DNA of 64,000 bases, from the NCBI GenBank assembly GCA_965198235.1, contig OZ240248.1:1472001-1536000 (forward strand). Reading direction: 5' to 3'. Source of the stretch: Candidatus Poribacteria bacterium. GTDB taxonomy: Bacteria; Poribacteria; WGA-4E; WGA-3G. The position numbers and the translations under genes are program-made. Shown piece by piece: positions 17,379 to 27,594 of this stretch. Every line of letters starts with the position of its first letter. The first letter of the stretch is position 1. The notes below the pieces were generated by a model that made no database searches, was not told where the DNA came from, and saw nothing but the letters and a program-made list of their open reading frames with translations.

Positions 17379-17789
17379 TTGGCGAGAGCGCGAAAACCCA
17401 ACCAACGGGCCGGGTTGGATATACGGAAAGGATCGTTCTTGAGACAACCCGCCTAACTGAACCGCAAGGGAAATTAAAAAAAGTGGAGATGCCAAAAGGA
17501 GTTATCGGCTGTCAACTATTAGCCATGAGCCTTTGGCGAGAGCGCGGAAACCCAACCAACGGGCCGGGTTGGATATACGGAAAGGATCGTTCTTGAGACA
17601 ACTTGCCTAACCGAACCGCAAGGGAAATTAAAAAAAGTGGAGATGCCAAAAGAAGTTATCGGCTGTCAACTATTAGCCATGAGCCTTTGGCGAGAGCGCG
17701 AAAACCCAACCAACGGGCCGGGTTGGATATACGGAAAGGATCGTTCTTGAGACAACCCGCCTGACCGAACCGCAAGGAAAATTAAAAAG
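17379..17789 (+). repeat. Three tandem ~154-bp copies of repeat family A
   Basis: Units start at ~17379, 17533 and 17687 (TTGGCGAGAGCGCG..CCCAACCAACGGGCCGGGTTGGATATACGG..GAACCGCAAGG); the last unit abuts ATG 17790. Confidence 0.9.
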
Positions 17790-18854
17790 ATGGAAAAAAT
17801 TCGACTTGGTTATATTGGCTGTGGGTTCATGGCACAGAAGGTCCACATCCCAAATTTTACGAGCATCCCGGACTGTGAACTCATCGGGCTCGCAGAGGTA
17901 CGTACTGCGCTCGGGAAAAAAGTCCAAAGCCGTTTCAGTATTCCCCAACTTTACCGGGACCACGGTGAACTTGCACAAAACGCCGATATTGAAGCAGTTG
18001 CGGTATCTGCTGACTTCGCATTGCAAGGTGAAATCGCGAAGGATCTCCTTTTAGCAGGTAAGCACGTCTTCATGGAGAAACCCATGGCTGTCTCCGTTGA
18101 ACAAGCCGAGGCTATTGTGGCGGCATCACAAAAGTCTGGCAAAAAGTTGATGGTCGGCTACATGAAACGCTATGATGCCGGAAACGAGATCGTCAAAGCA
18201 AAAGTCACTCAATTCCGAGAAACGGGTGAACTCGGACGCTTGACGTATGCCCGAAATCACGGATTCGGTGGGGATTGGGTGTGTAATCTCGATACTCACA
18301 TGGATGGGACAACAGAAACAAAACCGAGCGCGCCTGTCAAAACCCCAGAGTGGATACCCGAACAGTGGCGCGGCTCTTATTTGGGATACCTACAACAGTA
18401 TACGCACAATATCAATCTGATGCGTTGGTTTCTTGATGCTGGCGACAAAGTGAGCATCAGAGTCGTTGATTTGGACGCGAACGGATATTCTGGTGTTGTT
18501 ATCTTCGATATGGATGGCATCCGTGTAACGTTAGAAACTGGACATGTCTCTCATTACCGCTGGGATGAGCATAGTCAAATCTACTTTGAGAACGGATGGG
18601 TTCATACGTGGGCACCGCCGTTGCTCTTGAAAAACACGCCTGCAGAGGTCGAAGTCTACCGCGCCGGAGAAGAACAAGAAATCACCCGTCCGATTCCGAG
18701 ACCGAGTTGGACCTGGGCATATCACAGAGAGGCGGAGTATTTTGTAGCGAACGTTCGCAACGATGAACCCTTCCGCTCTTCAGCCGAAGATACACTCACA
18801 GATGTCAGACTTTTTGAGGACATCTACCGGATCTTCATCGAACAGCAAAAATAG
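17790..18854 (+). CDS. Gfo/Idh/MocA oxidoreductase
   Basis: GYIGCGFMA, MEKP, VGYMKRYD. Confidence 0.9.
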   Translation: MEKIRLGYIGCGFMAQKVHIPNFTSIPDCELIGLAEVRTALGKKVQSRFSIPQLYRDHGELAQNADIEAVAVSADFALQGEIAKDLLLAGKHVFMEKPMAVSVEQAEAIVAASQKSGKKLMVGYMKRYDAGNEIVKAKVTQFRETGELGRLTYARNHGFGGDWVCNLDTHMDGTTETKPSAPVKTPEWIPEQWRGSYLGYLQQYTHNINLMRWFLDAGDKVSIRVVDLDANGYSGVVIFDMDGIRVTLETGHVSHYRWDEHSQIYFENGWVHTWAPPLLLKNTPAEVEVYRAGEEQEITRPIPRPSWTWAYHREAEYFVANVRNDEPFRSSAEDTLTDVRLFEDIYRIFIEQQK

Positions 18855-19274
18855 TTATGGATTATCAGTTATCGGTTACTAAAGTTTGGGCAATTTGGAT
18901 GATATTCTTGCGGACTTATCAAGGTGTGATGCCTGCTCTAACTCAAAAACCTATTTAATATCCTGCGTTTTTATTTTTTTACAGACATCTGGCAGAAAAA
19001 GGTGTTTCGATGGCAGCAAAGGGCAGCCCCAGCGGGGCGGCATGTGTATAGAAATGCTGTCTGCCCCAAGAATAAAGCCCCAGCGGGGCGGCATGTGTAT
19101 CTAAAAATCTTAGATCAATGTCCAAAGTATTTCCGTTGAATCGGACCCATCACACGAGAACCCTTAAAAAATTGTCCAAAGTTTAGTATCAATTAAAGAG
19201 GTCTCGGTTAAACAACAGCGTTTTTCACTTGGATAGAAGCCACCTCTTAACTGAAAACTAGTAACTGGAAACCC

Positions 19275-21596
19275 TCATTTGCGCAGTAAAATTTCCGTTT
19301 CATTAATGTTCACCGCGAGTTCATAGTTCGCCTGCAAGTATGCCGCGATCAGCGGATGCCGTTCCTCGACGGGGATATCGTCAACAGCGTCGAACCAACC
19401 TCCCGTTTTAAAGATCACTAAACGTGTTTTGTCCTTTTCGAGGGCTGAGATAACCTCCTGCTGCATTGCCGGTGTCGATGCGTATGAGGCTTGATGGAAT
19501 CGGGTAACGCTCAGTCGGTCTGCGAAGAAGTAGTAGGCACCCTGACTCGTAAAATCGAAAATCTTTTCGTTCTGTGCTGTATTTTCCTGAATATAAGCGA
19601 CTACCTTTTGAACCTGTTCAACTTGATCGTCCGGGATGTCCACCTTTCCTGCGCGTGCTAATTCCTGCGTTACAACGCCTTGTTTGAACGGATTCTGACG
19701 CAACCTTTGCCATTTCTCACGAAAACCTACCAACGGCTGATGGGCTTCCCCAACATACCAACAGAATATTGCTGTCGGAATCAGCACCCACGCTGCCTTC
19801 AATGCGGACTGCCAATGTCCGCCGCCTCTTAAAAACGATAGACCCGCACGGAACATTCTGAAAATGCCTCTCTCTAACGGAAATAGACAGAGCAGCCATA
19901 AAAAGGTTGCACCGTAAATCAGATGTCCGCCATCTGAACGTCCCAATGCAGTTCGGAAGAATGCGATGCCACCGAGCAATAGAAGTAGAAATTTCATCGC
20001 GTTCGGTTCCGACGCAGTACCACATAAGCACCGATATGTCAGGTAAGCTGCGACAATCAGAAAAATACAAACGGGCAGATACCATCGAAATCCTTCGTTG
20101 AAGACGAAAGCGTGCCAACCCTCTGTTGACAATAGGGCAAGTGTTTCGGATAGAGATGGAAAAGCGAGTCCCCATGTTATGAGTTGATAGCGACACTGGA
20201 TATAGGAATTCCAAATTACATCATCCAAGGCACCGTGCAATAGAAAATAGATACCTACCGAGAGAAAGCCTAACAACACTCCGCTGCCATAACTGATTAA
20301 GGGTAGCAGATATTCTTTTTTATTTTTTTCCCGCTGGCTTCGCCTGCTTCCACTCTCTGTTCCAAAGCCGCCTTGGAACACATATATAACCAGGAACAAT
20401 CCGATGGCACCCAGCGTATAGAGCCCGATTTCAGTGCTATACCAGAACGCTAAACTCGTGAAGAGTCCAGCGAGGAGCAACTTCCATACAAATGTAGGGA
20501 CCTTGTTCGTGCGAGTCCTTTGGAAGTGCGTAAGGGAATTCGCTACGAAGGCGAAACTAATTAAGCCGAGGCTATGCCTCGGAGATACCCAAAATTCCGT
20601 TCCAGAGGCAATAAGCACACAGATAAAGGCAGTAAAGAATCTACCACGGAATACTTGCAAACCGAGCAGGTAGAGCGCGATATAGCCAAGCGGATCTAAT
20701 ACATCTTCCATTGAACGCACACCGAACAGGGTCGGTTCAAAGAGTTGACTACCAAACCATGCCAAGTAAGCGTTTTGAAAAAGTCCGTGCTGGATATAGA
20801 TGTCACGAAACGGCACCCCGCCGTGCAGCATTTCATTGAGAGGGACGAGCCGCTCGCCTTCGTGGAATAAATCTATTTTACCGTGGATGTCTCCAGAGTA
20901 GGTAAGGAGATAGATGAAAATCGGGAGGATAATGTATTCAAGTCCACCGCGCCAAACCTTTGTGGTTCTATAGCTTCCAGAAGCGGAGGCACTGTCCTTT
21001 TCGCTGGAAAGGTTTGCCGCGTTTTCGCTGGCGAGGTTTGGAACCTCGCCCGTGCTAGAAGTCCATAGCCCTGGGAAGTACCGCTTATACAGCAACACCA
21101 ATTTGAACAAAATGGATAAACTAATCGGTAGGAGTAAGCCTGTTAGCATGCCCTGACCGATGTGGTAGACCTGTAACCAACAGAGCCACAACGGGATGGA
21201 TGCCAATACGTTTGCTTTCAGGACACGCTGTATCGGTTGGGCGGTTCGTTCAGCGCACCAGCGCGAATAGATACACCACGCGAGCCAGTACAGATATATT
21301 GCCGCTGGGATGCCAAGCAGTGCCAACAGATAGTAAAAGTATTCCTGTTGTTTCGGATACGCATTAACACTGAGCCAGCCGACGACACCGGAATTCGAGC
21401 GGTATTCAAAAACAAGATTTCTGCTGAGGGTTACCCCGATGGCGATTGCGAGGGAAGCGGCGGAAAACGTAAGAAGTCCAACGTAGGACCTGAAGGCATG
21501 GGCTTTGACAACGCGCATGTCCGGCATAAATTGCTGGCATTTGTAGAGCAAGTTTTGGTTTGCAAGCTGCACCAAAAGAACTCGCAAGCGTTGCAT
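19275..21596 (-). CDS. Multi-pass membrane protein, possibly GT-C glycosyltransferase-like
   Basis: More than 12 TM helices, DLFHEGE/GGVPFRDIYIQHG loop, periplasmic C-terminal domain; start uncertain. Confidence 0.6.
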   Translation of the reverse strand: MQRLRVLLVQLANQNLLYKCQQFMPDMRVVKAHAFRSYVGLLTFSAASLAIAIGVTLSRNLVFEYRSNSGVVGWLSVNAYPKQQEYFYYLLALLGIPAAIYLYWLAWCIYSRWCAERTAQPIQRVLKANVLASIPLWLCWLQVYHIGQGMLTGLLLPISLSILFKLVLLYKRYFPGLWTSSTGEVPNLASENAANLSSEKDSASASGSYRTTKVWRGGLEYIILPIFIYLLTYSGDIHGKIDLFHEGERLVPLNEMLHGGVPFRDIYIQHGLFQNAYLAWFGSQLFEPTLFGVRSMEDVLDPLGYIALYLLGLQVFRGRFFTAFICVLIASGTEFWVSPRHSLGLISFAFVANSLTHFQRTRTNKVPTFVWKLLLAGLFTSLAFWYSTEIGLYTLGAIGLFLVIYVFQGGFGTESGSRRSQREKNKKEYLLPLISYGSGVLLGFLSVGIYFLLHGALDDVIWNSYIQCRYQLITWGLAFPSLSETLALLSTEGWHAFVFNEGFRWYLPVCIFLIVAAYLTYRCLCGTASEPNAMKFLLLLLGGIAFFRTALGRSDGGHLIYGATFLWLLCLFPLERGIFRMFRAGLSFLRGGGHWQSALKAAWVLIPTAIFCWYVGEAHQPLVGFREKWQRLRQNPFKQGVVTQELARAGKVDIPDDQVEQVQKVVAYIQENTAQNEKIFDFTSQGAYYFFADRLSVTRFHQASYASTPAMQQEVISALEKDKTRLVIFKTGGWFDAVDDIPVEERHPLIAAYLQANYELAVNINETEILLRK

Positions 21597-21643
21597 GGTT
21601 CTCGCCTCAAGGAAGGTCGTGATGGAAAATCGCTTCTACCGTG

Positions 21644-22108
21644 TTAGGTTTCCCCAAGCGGGCCGTCAACCTCAATAAAATCTTTCGCTGTTGCATCCCA
21701 GGCGAAAGCCTTCACCGCGCGTATTTCGGTGTCGTAAACTGAGATAACCAAATATATGGCTTCCGGATAAGCGGGTTCACCCCATACGGTTGCATCTGCC
21801 TTGTCTTTTTCGGAGAAGTACGCCTTGTGGTTTGGGTGTGAGTGGTAGAACGCCTTAATCTGCCGTTGCTGTGTATCAGCCTCTTTGTGAACGGCGATTA
21901 AATCGTCAGGGTGTATGACGTACGCTGTGCGGGCATCGCGCGGATATGTGTCAGGATCTTCCTGATGCAATTCGTTCTGTATGTTCCGGCATTTCCGGAC
22001 AAATTCTTGTGCCTCAGCTCCCAAAATGACACCACAGCATTCATTGGGAAACTCCGATTTCGCGTGGTCACAAATCGCGCTGAGGATTTCTGGTTTCAAA
22101 GTTAACAT
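21644..22108 (-). CDS. JAB/Mov34 (M67) metallopeptidase, Mec-like
   Basis: PNECCG and YHSHP..AYFSEKD JAMM motif; adjacent to a sulfur carrier gene. Confidence 0.9.
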   Translation of the reverse strand: MLTLKPEILSAICDHAKSEFPNECCGVILGAEAQEFVRKCRNIQNELHQEDPDTYPRDARTAYVIHPDDLIAVHKEADTQQRQIKAFYHSHPNHKAYFSEKDKADATVWGEPAYPEAIYLVISVYDTEIRAVKAFAWDATAKDFIEVDGPLGET

Positions 22109-22250
22109 TTTTTAACGATTATGTCTGAACGGGGTGTCTGCTGTCCACCCCGTTCTAAAATTGTTAAGAAACTTACCTTGGGTTATGAAAGGTCCTTTAC
22201 TGATTTTATATCTGCAAGGGCATCGGACGCAGCAGCTCAGAAGCAGATAG

Positions 22251-22532
22251 TTAAAAAAGTCCGCCAGCGATCGCGGGAATAATTGAGATTTCAGCATCAT
22301 CACCGACAGCGGTTGTTTTTCCATCGAGGAAGCGGATATCTTCATCGTTGAGGTAGATATTTACAAACCGACGGATGTTTCCGCCTTCATCACAGAGACG
22401 CTCTTTCATCCCTGGATAGTTTACTTCAAGGTTATCAATAATGCCTTCAATATTGGCACCTTTTGCTTCAACCTCTGCCAAGTTTTGGGTCAAGCGTCTC
22501 AGCGGGGTTGGAATACGGACTGTTACAGACAT
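22251..22532 (-). CDS. MoaD/ThiS (CysO-like) ubiquitin-fold sulfur carrier
   Basis: VRIPTPLR..RRFVNIYLNDEDIR..IIPAIAGG-LF. Confidence 0.9.
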   Translation of the reverse strand: MSVTVRIPTPLRRLTQNLAEVEAKGANIEGIIDNLEVNYPGMKERLCDEGGNIRRFVNIYLNDEDIRFLDGKTTAVGDDAEISIIPAIAGGLF

Positions 22533-22645
22533 GAAATATATTTTCTCCTTTCTGAGTGGCATTCTCAGCAGTCAGAAACCTTCAGCCAGCGAAGGAGGAG
22601 GACTTCCGTTTTCAGCTGGAGTCTCTTGTTGACGGCTGATAGCCT

Positions 22646-23452
22646 TTAAATTGAGTAATGCAATCCACACTCTTTGGTGTTTTCTTCTGTAGACGGCGCG
22701 TTCTGCCAACGCCACCGTCCCGCACGCTTCGGTTCTCCCGGCTTTATTGGTGTTGTGCAGATGATGCACCCCAGTGATTCATAATACTGACCCTGGGTAT
22801 CCGCTTCAAGCAATGGATTCACAGGAATTTCGTTCTCACGGACAAACTGCCACACCTCGTCAGTTGTCCACTGAATAAGTGGACTGACCTTAAGCACCGG
22901 ATGTGTCGTTGAGGATATGATTTCCGATCTTCGGAGTTGTTGTCTCGCATCCGACTGATCTCGCCGTAAACCCGTTATCCAGACATCCAATGTTTCCAAG
23001 AGCCGTTGCATCGGACGAACTTTTCGGATGTGACAACAGTATTCCTGCTTCGCTTTACTGTCAAAAAACAGATATTCGCCATGCTCTGTCACTATCTGAT
23101 GTACTTCTTGCGGATCAGGCTGAATCTGTTCAATCTGGATACCGTAACGCGCTTCCACTTCTTCAAGGAAGGTGTACGTTTCGGGGAAGAGTCGAAGCGT
23201 ATCAAGCGTACAGACCCGGAACGGCAATTGGTTTTCAGCAGCCAAGTGAATCAACACCATACCCGAAAGTTGTCCGCTTGTGACAATGGCGGCGCGCTCG
23301 TTGAATCGCTTAAACAGAGAGAAAAGAATTTCTTGGGGATCCTCCGTCAAGGCAATTTCTTGACAGAGAGCGTGATCTACTGAATAGTTCAATTCTTCGT
23401 CAATTGGCTTCTCGATGATTGCCAATCCTTTTTGGCGCAGCTTGCAAGCCAA
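22646..23452 (-). CDS. cysH: APS/PAPS reductase
   Basis: LDTLRLFPETY, CCHIRKV, WITGLRRDQS, YESLGCIICT, RAGRW, KECGLH; start uncertain. Confidence 0.9.
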   Translation of the reverse strand: MACKLRQKGLAIIEKPIDEELNYSVDHALCQEIALTEDPQEILFSLFKRFNERAAIVTSGQLSGMVLIHLAAENQLPFRVCTLDTLRLFPETYTFLEEVEARYGIQIEQIQPDPQEVHQIVTEHGEYLFFDSKAKQEYCCHIRKVRPMQRLLETLDVWITGLRRDQSDARQQLRRSEIISSTTHPVLKVSPLIQWTTDEVWQFVRENEIPVNPLLEADTQGQYYESLGCIICTTPIKPGEPKRAGRWRWQNAPSTEENTKECGLHYSI

Positions 23453-23520
23453 AACTTGCTCTACGAAAGAAGTGTAGGGAATCGAGGCACACAGCTGGGT
23501 TTCCCTACAGTTGGGACAGT

Positions 23521-24471
23521 TTAAGGGAGTGCCTCCATGATGTCCGATTCGATTTCAAAGTAACGACTCAAACTGAAATAACGTTCCCCTGTGTCGGGGA
23601 GAATAGTAACGACAGTTTTATCCGGTCCTTGGTCTTTGGCAATCTGTAAGGCAGCGTACACATTCGCGCCCGACGACATACCGACTAACAAACCCTCGCT
23701 CGTTGCAATTAATTTCATCGTTTGATAAGCTGCTTCCTCGGAGACCGTGATGACTTCATCAATGACATCTACATTGAGCACTTCGGGGATCATTCCCGCA
23801 CCAAGACCATCGATTCGCGTCGGATTCGGAGGACCACCGGAAAGCACGGCTGAAACCCGCGGTTCCACTGCGACAACTTTCACATGCGGGCATTCTGTCT
23901 TCAACACTTCCCCAACGCCTGTCAATGTACCACCTGTTCCAACCCCCGTAACGAAAAAATCGATGTCGCTACCGATTGATTTGAGAATTTCGACTGCAGT
24001 CGTACGCCGGTGGATCTCTGGGTTCGCCGGGTTCGTGAACTGGTTCGGCATATAGTGCCGCGAGTGCCGTCTGACAATCTCTTCTGCCTCCCAAATGGCA
24101 CTTGCCATACCACTGTGTTCTGGCGTTAGCACAATTTTCGCACCGAAGGCGGAGAGGAGTTCGTATTTCTCACGACTGACGTTTTCTGGCATCGTCAAAG
24201 TGACAGGATAGCCTTTCGCTATACCGACGATAGAGAGTCCTAAACCCGTGTTGCCAGCTGTAGGTTCAACGATAGTATCGCCTTTTCTAAGGAGGCCGCG
24301 TTCTTCGGCATCAACTACCATCGCATAACTAATCCGGTCCTTGATACTGCCACCGGGGTTGTAGGCTTCCAATTTCGCGAAAATAGTCGCATCATCCTTA
24401 CCGGACAAGGCATTCAGACGGATCGTTGGTGTATTCCCGATGAGGTCAGTCAGATTTTTAGCGATTCTCAT
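23521..24471 (-). CDS. cysK: Cysteine synthase A
   Basis: KLEAYNPGGSIKDR PLP lysine, GVGTGGT, GMSSGA, LPDTGERY. Confidence 0.9.
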   Translation of the reverse strand: MRIAKNLTDLIGNTPTIRLNALSGKDDATIFAKLEAYNPGGSIKDRISYAMVVDAEERGLLRKGDTIVEPTAGNTGLGLSIVGIAKGYPVTLTMPENVSREKYELLSAFGAKIVLTPEHSGMASAIWEAEEIVRRHSRHYMPNQFTNPANPEIHRRTTAVEILKSIGSDIDFFVTGVGTGGTLTGVGEVLKTECPHVKVVAVEPRVSAVLSGGPPNPTRIDGLGAGMIPEVLNVDVIDEVITVSEEAAYQTMKLIATSEGLLVGMSSGANVYAALQIAKDQGPDKTVVTILPDTGERYFSLSRYFEIESDIMEALP

Positions 24472-24551
24472 TTTTCAGGCACATAACAATACACGATACC
24501 GCTGCCACATCCCTATTTTAAGCGTAATTACCTTAAAAAATTCCACTTTAA

Positions 24552-24580
24552 AGTATAACATATACACAGCAAAAAGTCAA
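24552..24580 (-). promoter_or_regulatory. Sigma70-type promoter for the cysK cluster
   Basis: Minus strand TTGACT-17 nt-TATACT with TG. Confidence 0.6.
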
Positions 24581-24652
24581 ATTTTTCACAGACGGAACAG
24601 GACAATCTGTTTTCGGATATGCGCTATAACGGGGCGTTATTTTTGTCCTTTC

Positions 24653-25459
24653 TTACTTCTGATTTTCACGCCATTTCGCAAAGTCTGCCTCGATCTCCTC
24701 CGACCATTTCCGATCTATTTCGCCTGGCGTGTACACACCTTCGCGTAGCCGTTGATGCCCGAACCGATCTCGGAGCGCCACCTCTTCGCCTTGCTCAACG
24801 ACCTGTTGCACGAAGTGCGGTGGAATAAAAATGACCCCGCCACGCCGCCCTAAAACCACATCTCCCGGTAAAACTGTCGCTTCCGCGATACGAATAGGGA
24901 TATTGATACCGGTAAGTGTGACGTTCGCAATGCCTGTTGGATCTACACCCCGCACGAACGTCGCGAAATCAGGCAATTCGTAGATGCCATCCAGGTCCCG
25001 GATGCCACCCTCAATTACCACGCCTGTCCCTGTTTTCGCATAGATGGAATTGCCGAGATTATCACCAGCGAAGGTGCCGTCTTTAACTTTGCCAAAGAGG
25101 TCAACGACGATGACATCATCGCGGACGAGCGTATCGATCACCCATGAGTTTTGACCGCCGACACGTCCCTCTTTTTCACCTTGTGCAGAGATAGCATCGT
25201 TGAAGTCAGGACGGATCGGCACAAATGCACATGTCACTGCTCTACCGACAAGAATCCGATCGGGATGAAGATTCATCCAATCGCCAGCGAATTGAAACTT
25301 ATAGTTGTTACCATTCAGGACACCCCACGCCTGCTCGATACTAATAGCCTTCATCCGTTGAAGAATATCATCGGGGACGCGCGGTCGTCCATCAGGAAAC
25401 CGGTCGCCTTCCCATAAATGTGTCATCGCGAGGATGCTTTCTTTGTGGATAAGTTGCAT
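24653..25459 (-). CDS. RraA family / HMG aldolase-like protein
   Basis: GRAVT, GDNLG, EGGIRD, VLPGDVVLG. Confidence 0.8.
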   Translation of the reverse strand: MQLIHKESILAMTHLWEGDRFPDGRPRVPDDILQRMKAISIEQAWGVLNGNNYKFQFAGDWMNLHPDRILVGRAVTCAFVPIRPDFNDAISAQGEKEGRVGGQNSWVIDTLVRDDVIVVDLFGKVKDGTFAGDNLGNSIYAKTGTGVVIEGGIRDLDGIYELPDFATFVRGVDPTGIANVTLTGINIPIRIAEATVLPGDVVLGRRGGVIFIPPHFVQQVVEQGEEVALRDRFGHQRLREGVYTPGEIDRKWSEEIEADFAKWRENQK

Positions 25460-25538
25460 ATCACGTTCCTTCTCTGAAACAACCTCGCGATACCGAGATT
25501 GTCGTAGGGGCGAGGTCACCTCGCCCTACAGACCAGCC

Positions 25539-26393
25539 CTACAGACCAGCGTTTTCCCACACCTGATCCAGTGATTCCGCAGTAGCTTTCGCCGCGTCTG
25601 CGGGTTCCATGCCGTTCACCTTTTGGCTAAACGGTTCCGGGGTCACGGGTCCCTCATAGCCGATGTCCGTCAGGATTTGCATCAGTTCAGTAAGCGGGAT
25701 TACCCCGGTTTCGGCGGGAAGACACCTGATATTGTCGATCTGGTCATCTGGGTCAATGCCGGCAGGCGCATCGTTAATGTGGACGTAAACGACATCCGAT
25801 ACAGAGAGTTTGCGAACGTCGTCAGTCGTCGAACGGCAGGTGTACCAGTGCCATGTATCGAACAGCAGTCCTACGTTTCCTGTACCGACAGCGGCGGCAA
25901 GCCCTAACATCGCATCCATCGAATAGGCGAAGAGGTACTTGGAACCTGTGCGACTCGTTGCCGGTCCAATGAACTCAAGCCCGATGGAGTGTCCATGTTC
26001 TTTGAGAATCTCGGCGATAGGACGCAGCCGTTTGACAGAGAAATCCCAATTTTCCTGATACGTCATGTCGTTGGAAGCAGGTCCCACAACAGTGGTTGAC
26101 CGATAGCAACCGAGTTCTGCGGCGAGTGCTGCGCGTTCGGGCAGCTGCGCTAAACCGGCGTAGTAGTCAGCATCGGGACCACGCCAATTCACACCGAACC
26201 CCCATCCGCCCATAGCAACGCCTGCTTCTGACCAGAGGTCTTTGACGTATTGGGCAGAGTGTTCCTGTGCGAGTTGGTTGGCTTCGTCAATGTTCAGGTC
26301 GAGACCTTCAAAACCGGCATTTTTTGCTAACGTTAAGCCTTCTGTCATATTTGCCCGGATGCCGATTGCACCGGTACTCAGATTTTTAAACAT
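25539..26393 (-). CDS. Sugar phosphate isomerase/epimerase (xylose isomerase-like TIM barrel)
   Basis: LEF, DTWH, HIND, GYEGPVTPE metal-binding motifs. Confidence 0.85.
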   Translation of the reverse strand: MFKNLSTGAIGIRANMTEGLTLAKNAGFEGLDLNIDEANQLAQEHSAQYVKDLWSEAGVAMGGWGFGVNWRGPDADYYAGLAQLPERAALAAELGCYRSTTVVGPASNDMTYQENWDFSVKRLRPIAEILKEHGHSIGLEFIGPATSRTGSKYLFAYSMDAMLGLAAAVGTGNVGLLFDTWHWYTCRSTTDDVRKLSVSDVVYVHINDAPAGIDPDDQIDNIRCLPAETGVIPLTELMQILTDIGYEGPVTPEPFSQKVNGMEPADAAKATAESLDQVWENAGL

Positions 26394-26880
26394 ATTTTAA
26401 TTTTTCCTTGCGGATAAGTCATGGCATCCGCGAGTTTAACGGCTTGTGTGTTCGAGTCGCCCGCGCCGTTGTTGCGGGCTTGCGGTTCGATTGTAGGGAA
26501 AAACTGGACAGATGCTCAAACCCATTTTTGATTTACCTTGCGGATAAGTAACACTGTCTGGCTATTGGCGTTTTCCGTGTTCGAGTCGTCTGCACCATTG
26601 TTGCAGGCGAGGTAACCTCGCCCCTACGATTCTGATGCTGTGCCGTACATATCCTTATTTCAGTCCCAACCTCAGCAGAAACCCGCTCGTAATGAAATGG
26701 AGAGCGGCCCAGGTGGCCATAGATTATAGTGAAACCCGAAAATAAGTGAATACTTGTAGGGGCCGGTCTTGTGCCTGCCCAAAACACTCGCTAACCTGGT
26801 CCTCCGTGTCCAAATAATTGTGGGCTTTACTATAAAAGCCTGCGCGTAAGCGTAGCGGAGCGCAGTTCAGAGGACCATAG

Positions 26881-27591
26881 TTAAAAAAACGATTTTTCGC
26901 CCCTTAAAACTTTCGCAGCAACAGCCCACGGATAATCGGTGTCTTCCGCGTTTGCGTCGCGATACGTGGGGATCCAGACCCAGCGTTCTTCGCCGGATGT
27001 GTTAGGATGGCTGGAATGAAGCGTCAAATCGTGGAAAAAGACGGCACCGCCTGCTTCAATCTCCGCTGTGAAGGCAAGACTTTCGTCAATTGCACCCGGA
27101 CGGAGTCGGTTCCCGAACCCGTGTCCGTCACTGGCATCGCCATCGTGAACAATGGCAGATTTATGGGAACCCGGAAAGAGTTTGAGACACCCGTTTTTAA
27201 CGGTCGCATCGTCAAGGGCGACCCAGATCGAGAGTTTGTGTGCCCCGTACCAATAGGACCAATCTTGGTGCCAGGGGCTAGCGAAGGTCGTCGTCTCGCT
27301 CTTAAAAACGACCTTATCGCTCAGGAACTCAATATCCGGCGCGAGGATACCTTCTAAAATATCGAGTATCCGTGCATCACCGACTGCGACTTGGAAGACC
27401 GGACTCCGTGCAGCTAAACCGACGTAAACACCGTGTCCAGCGACTGCACCTGTTTCTGCCTTAACAGCTTCCAGAATGTCAATACACTCTAATTTGAGCC
27501 GTTGGACTTCACTTCGCGAGAATAAATTTGGTGCGATAGCAAAACCGTCTCTTGAGAAATCGTCGCGGAGCGTTGTGAGGTCGAGGGTCAT
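26881..27591 (-). CDS. PhyH family dioxygenase
   Basis: PWHQD, WVALDDAT..NGCL..PGSH, LHSSHPN. Confidence 0.9.
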   Translation of the reverse strand: MTLDLTTLRDDFSRDGFAIAPNLFSRSEVQRLKLECIDILEAVKAETGAVAGHGVYVGLAARSPVFQVAVGDARILDILEGILAPDIEFLSDKVVFKSETTTFASPWHQDWSYWYGAHKLSIWVALDDATVKNGCLKLFPGSHKSAIVHDGDASDGHGFGNRLRPGAIDESLAFTAEIEAGGAVFFHDLTLHSSHPNTSGEERWVWIPTYRDANAEDTDYPWAVAAKVLRGEKSFF

Positions 27592-27594
27592 TTT

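Noticed and set aside
19027-19101. CCCCAGCGGGGCG doublets (also 56331-56400) and CACCCCGTAGGGGTG doublets (45556, 52798)
   Set aside because: REP-like palindromic doublets, not CRISPR or coding sequence
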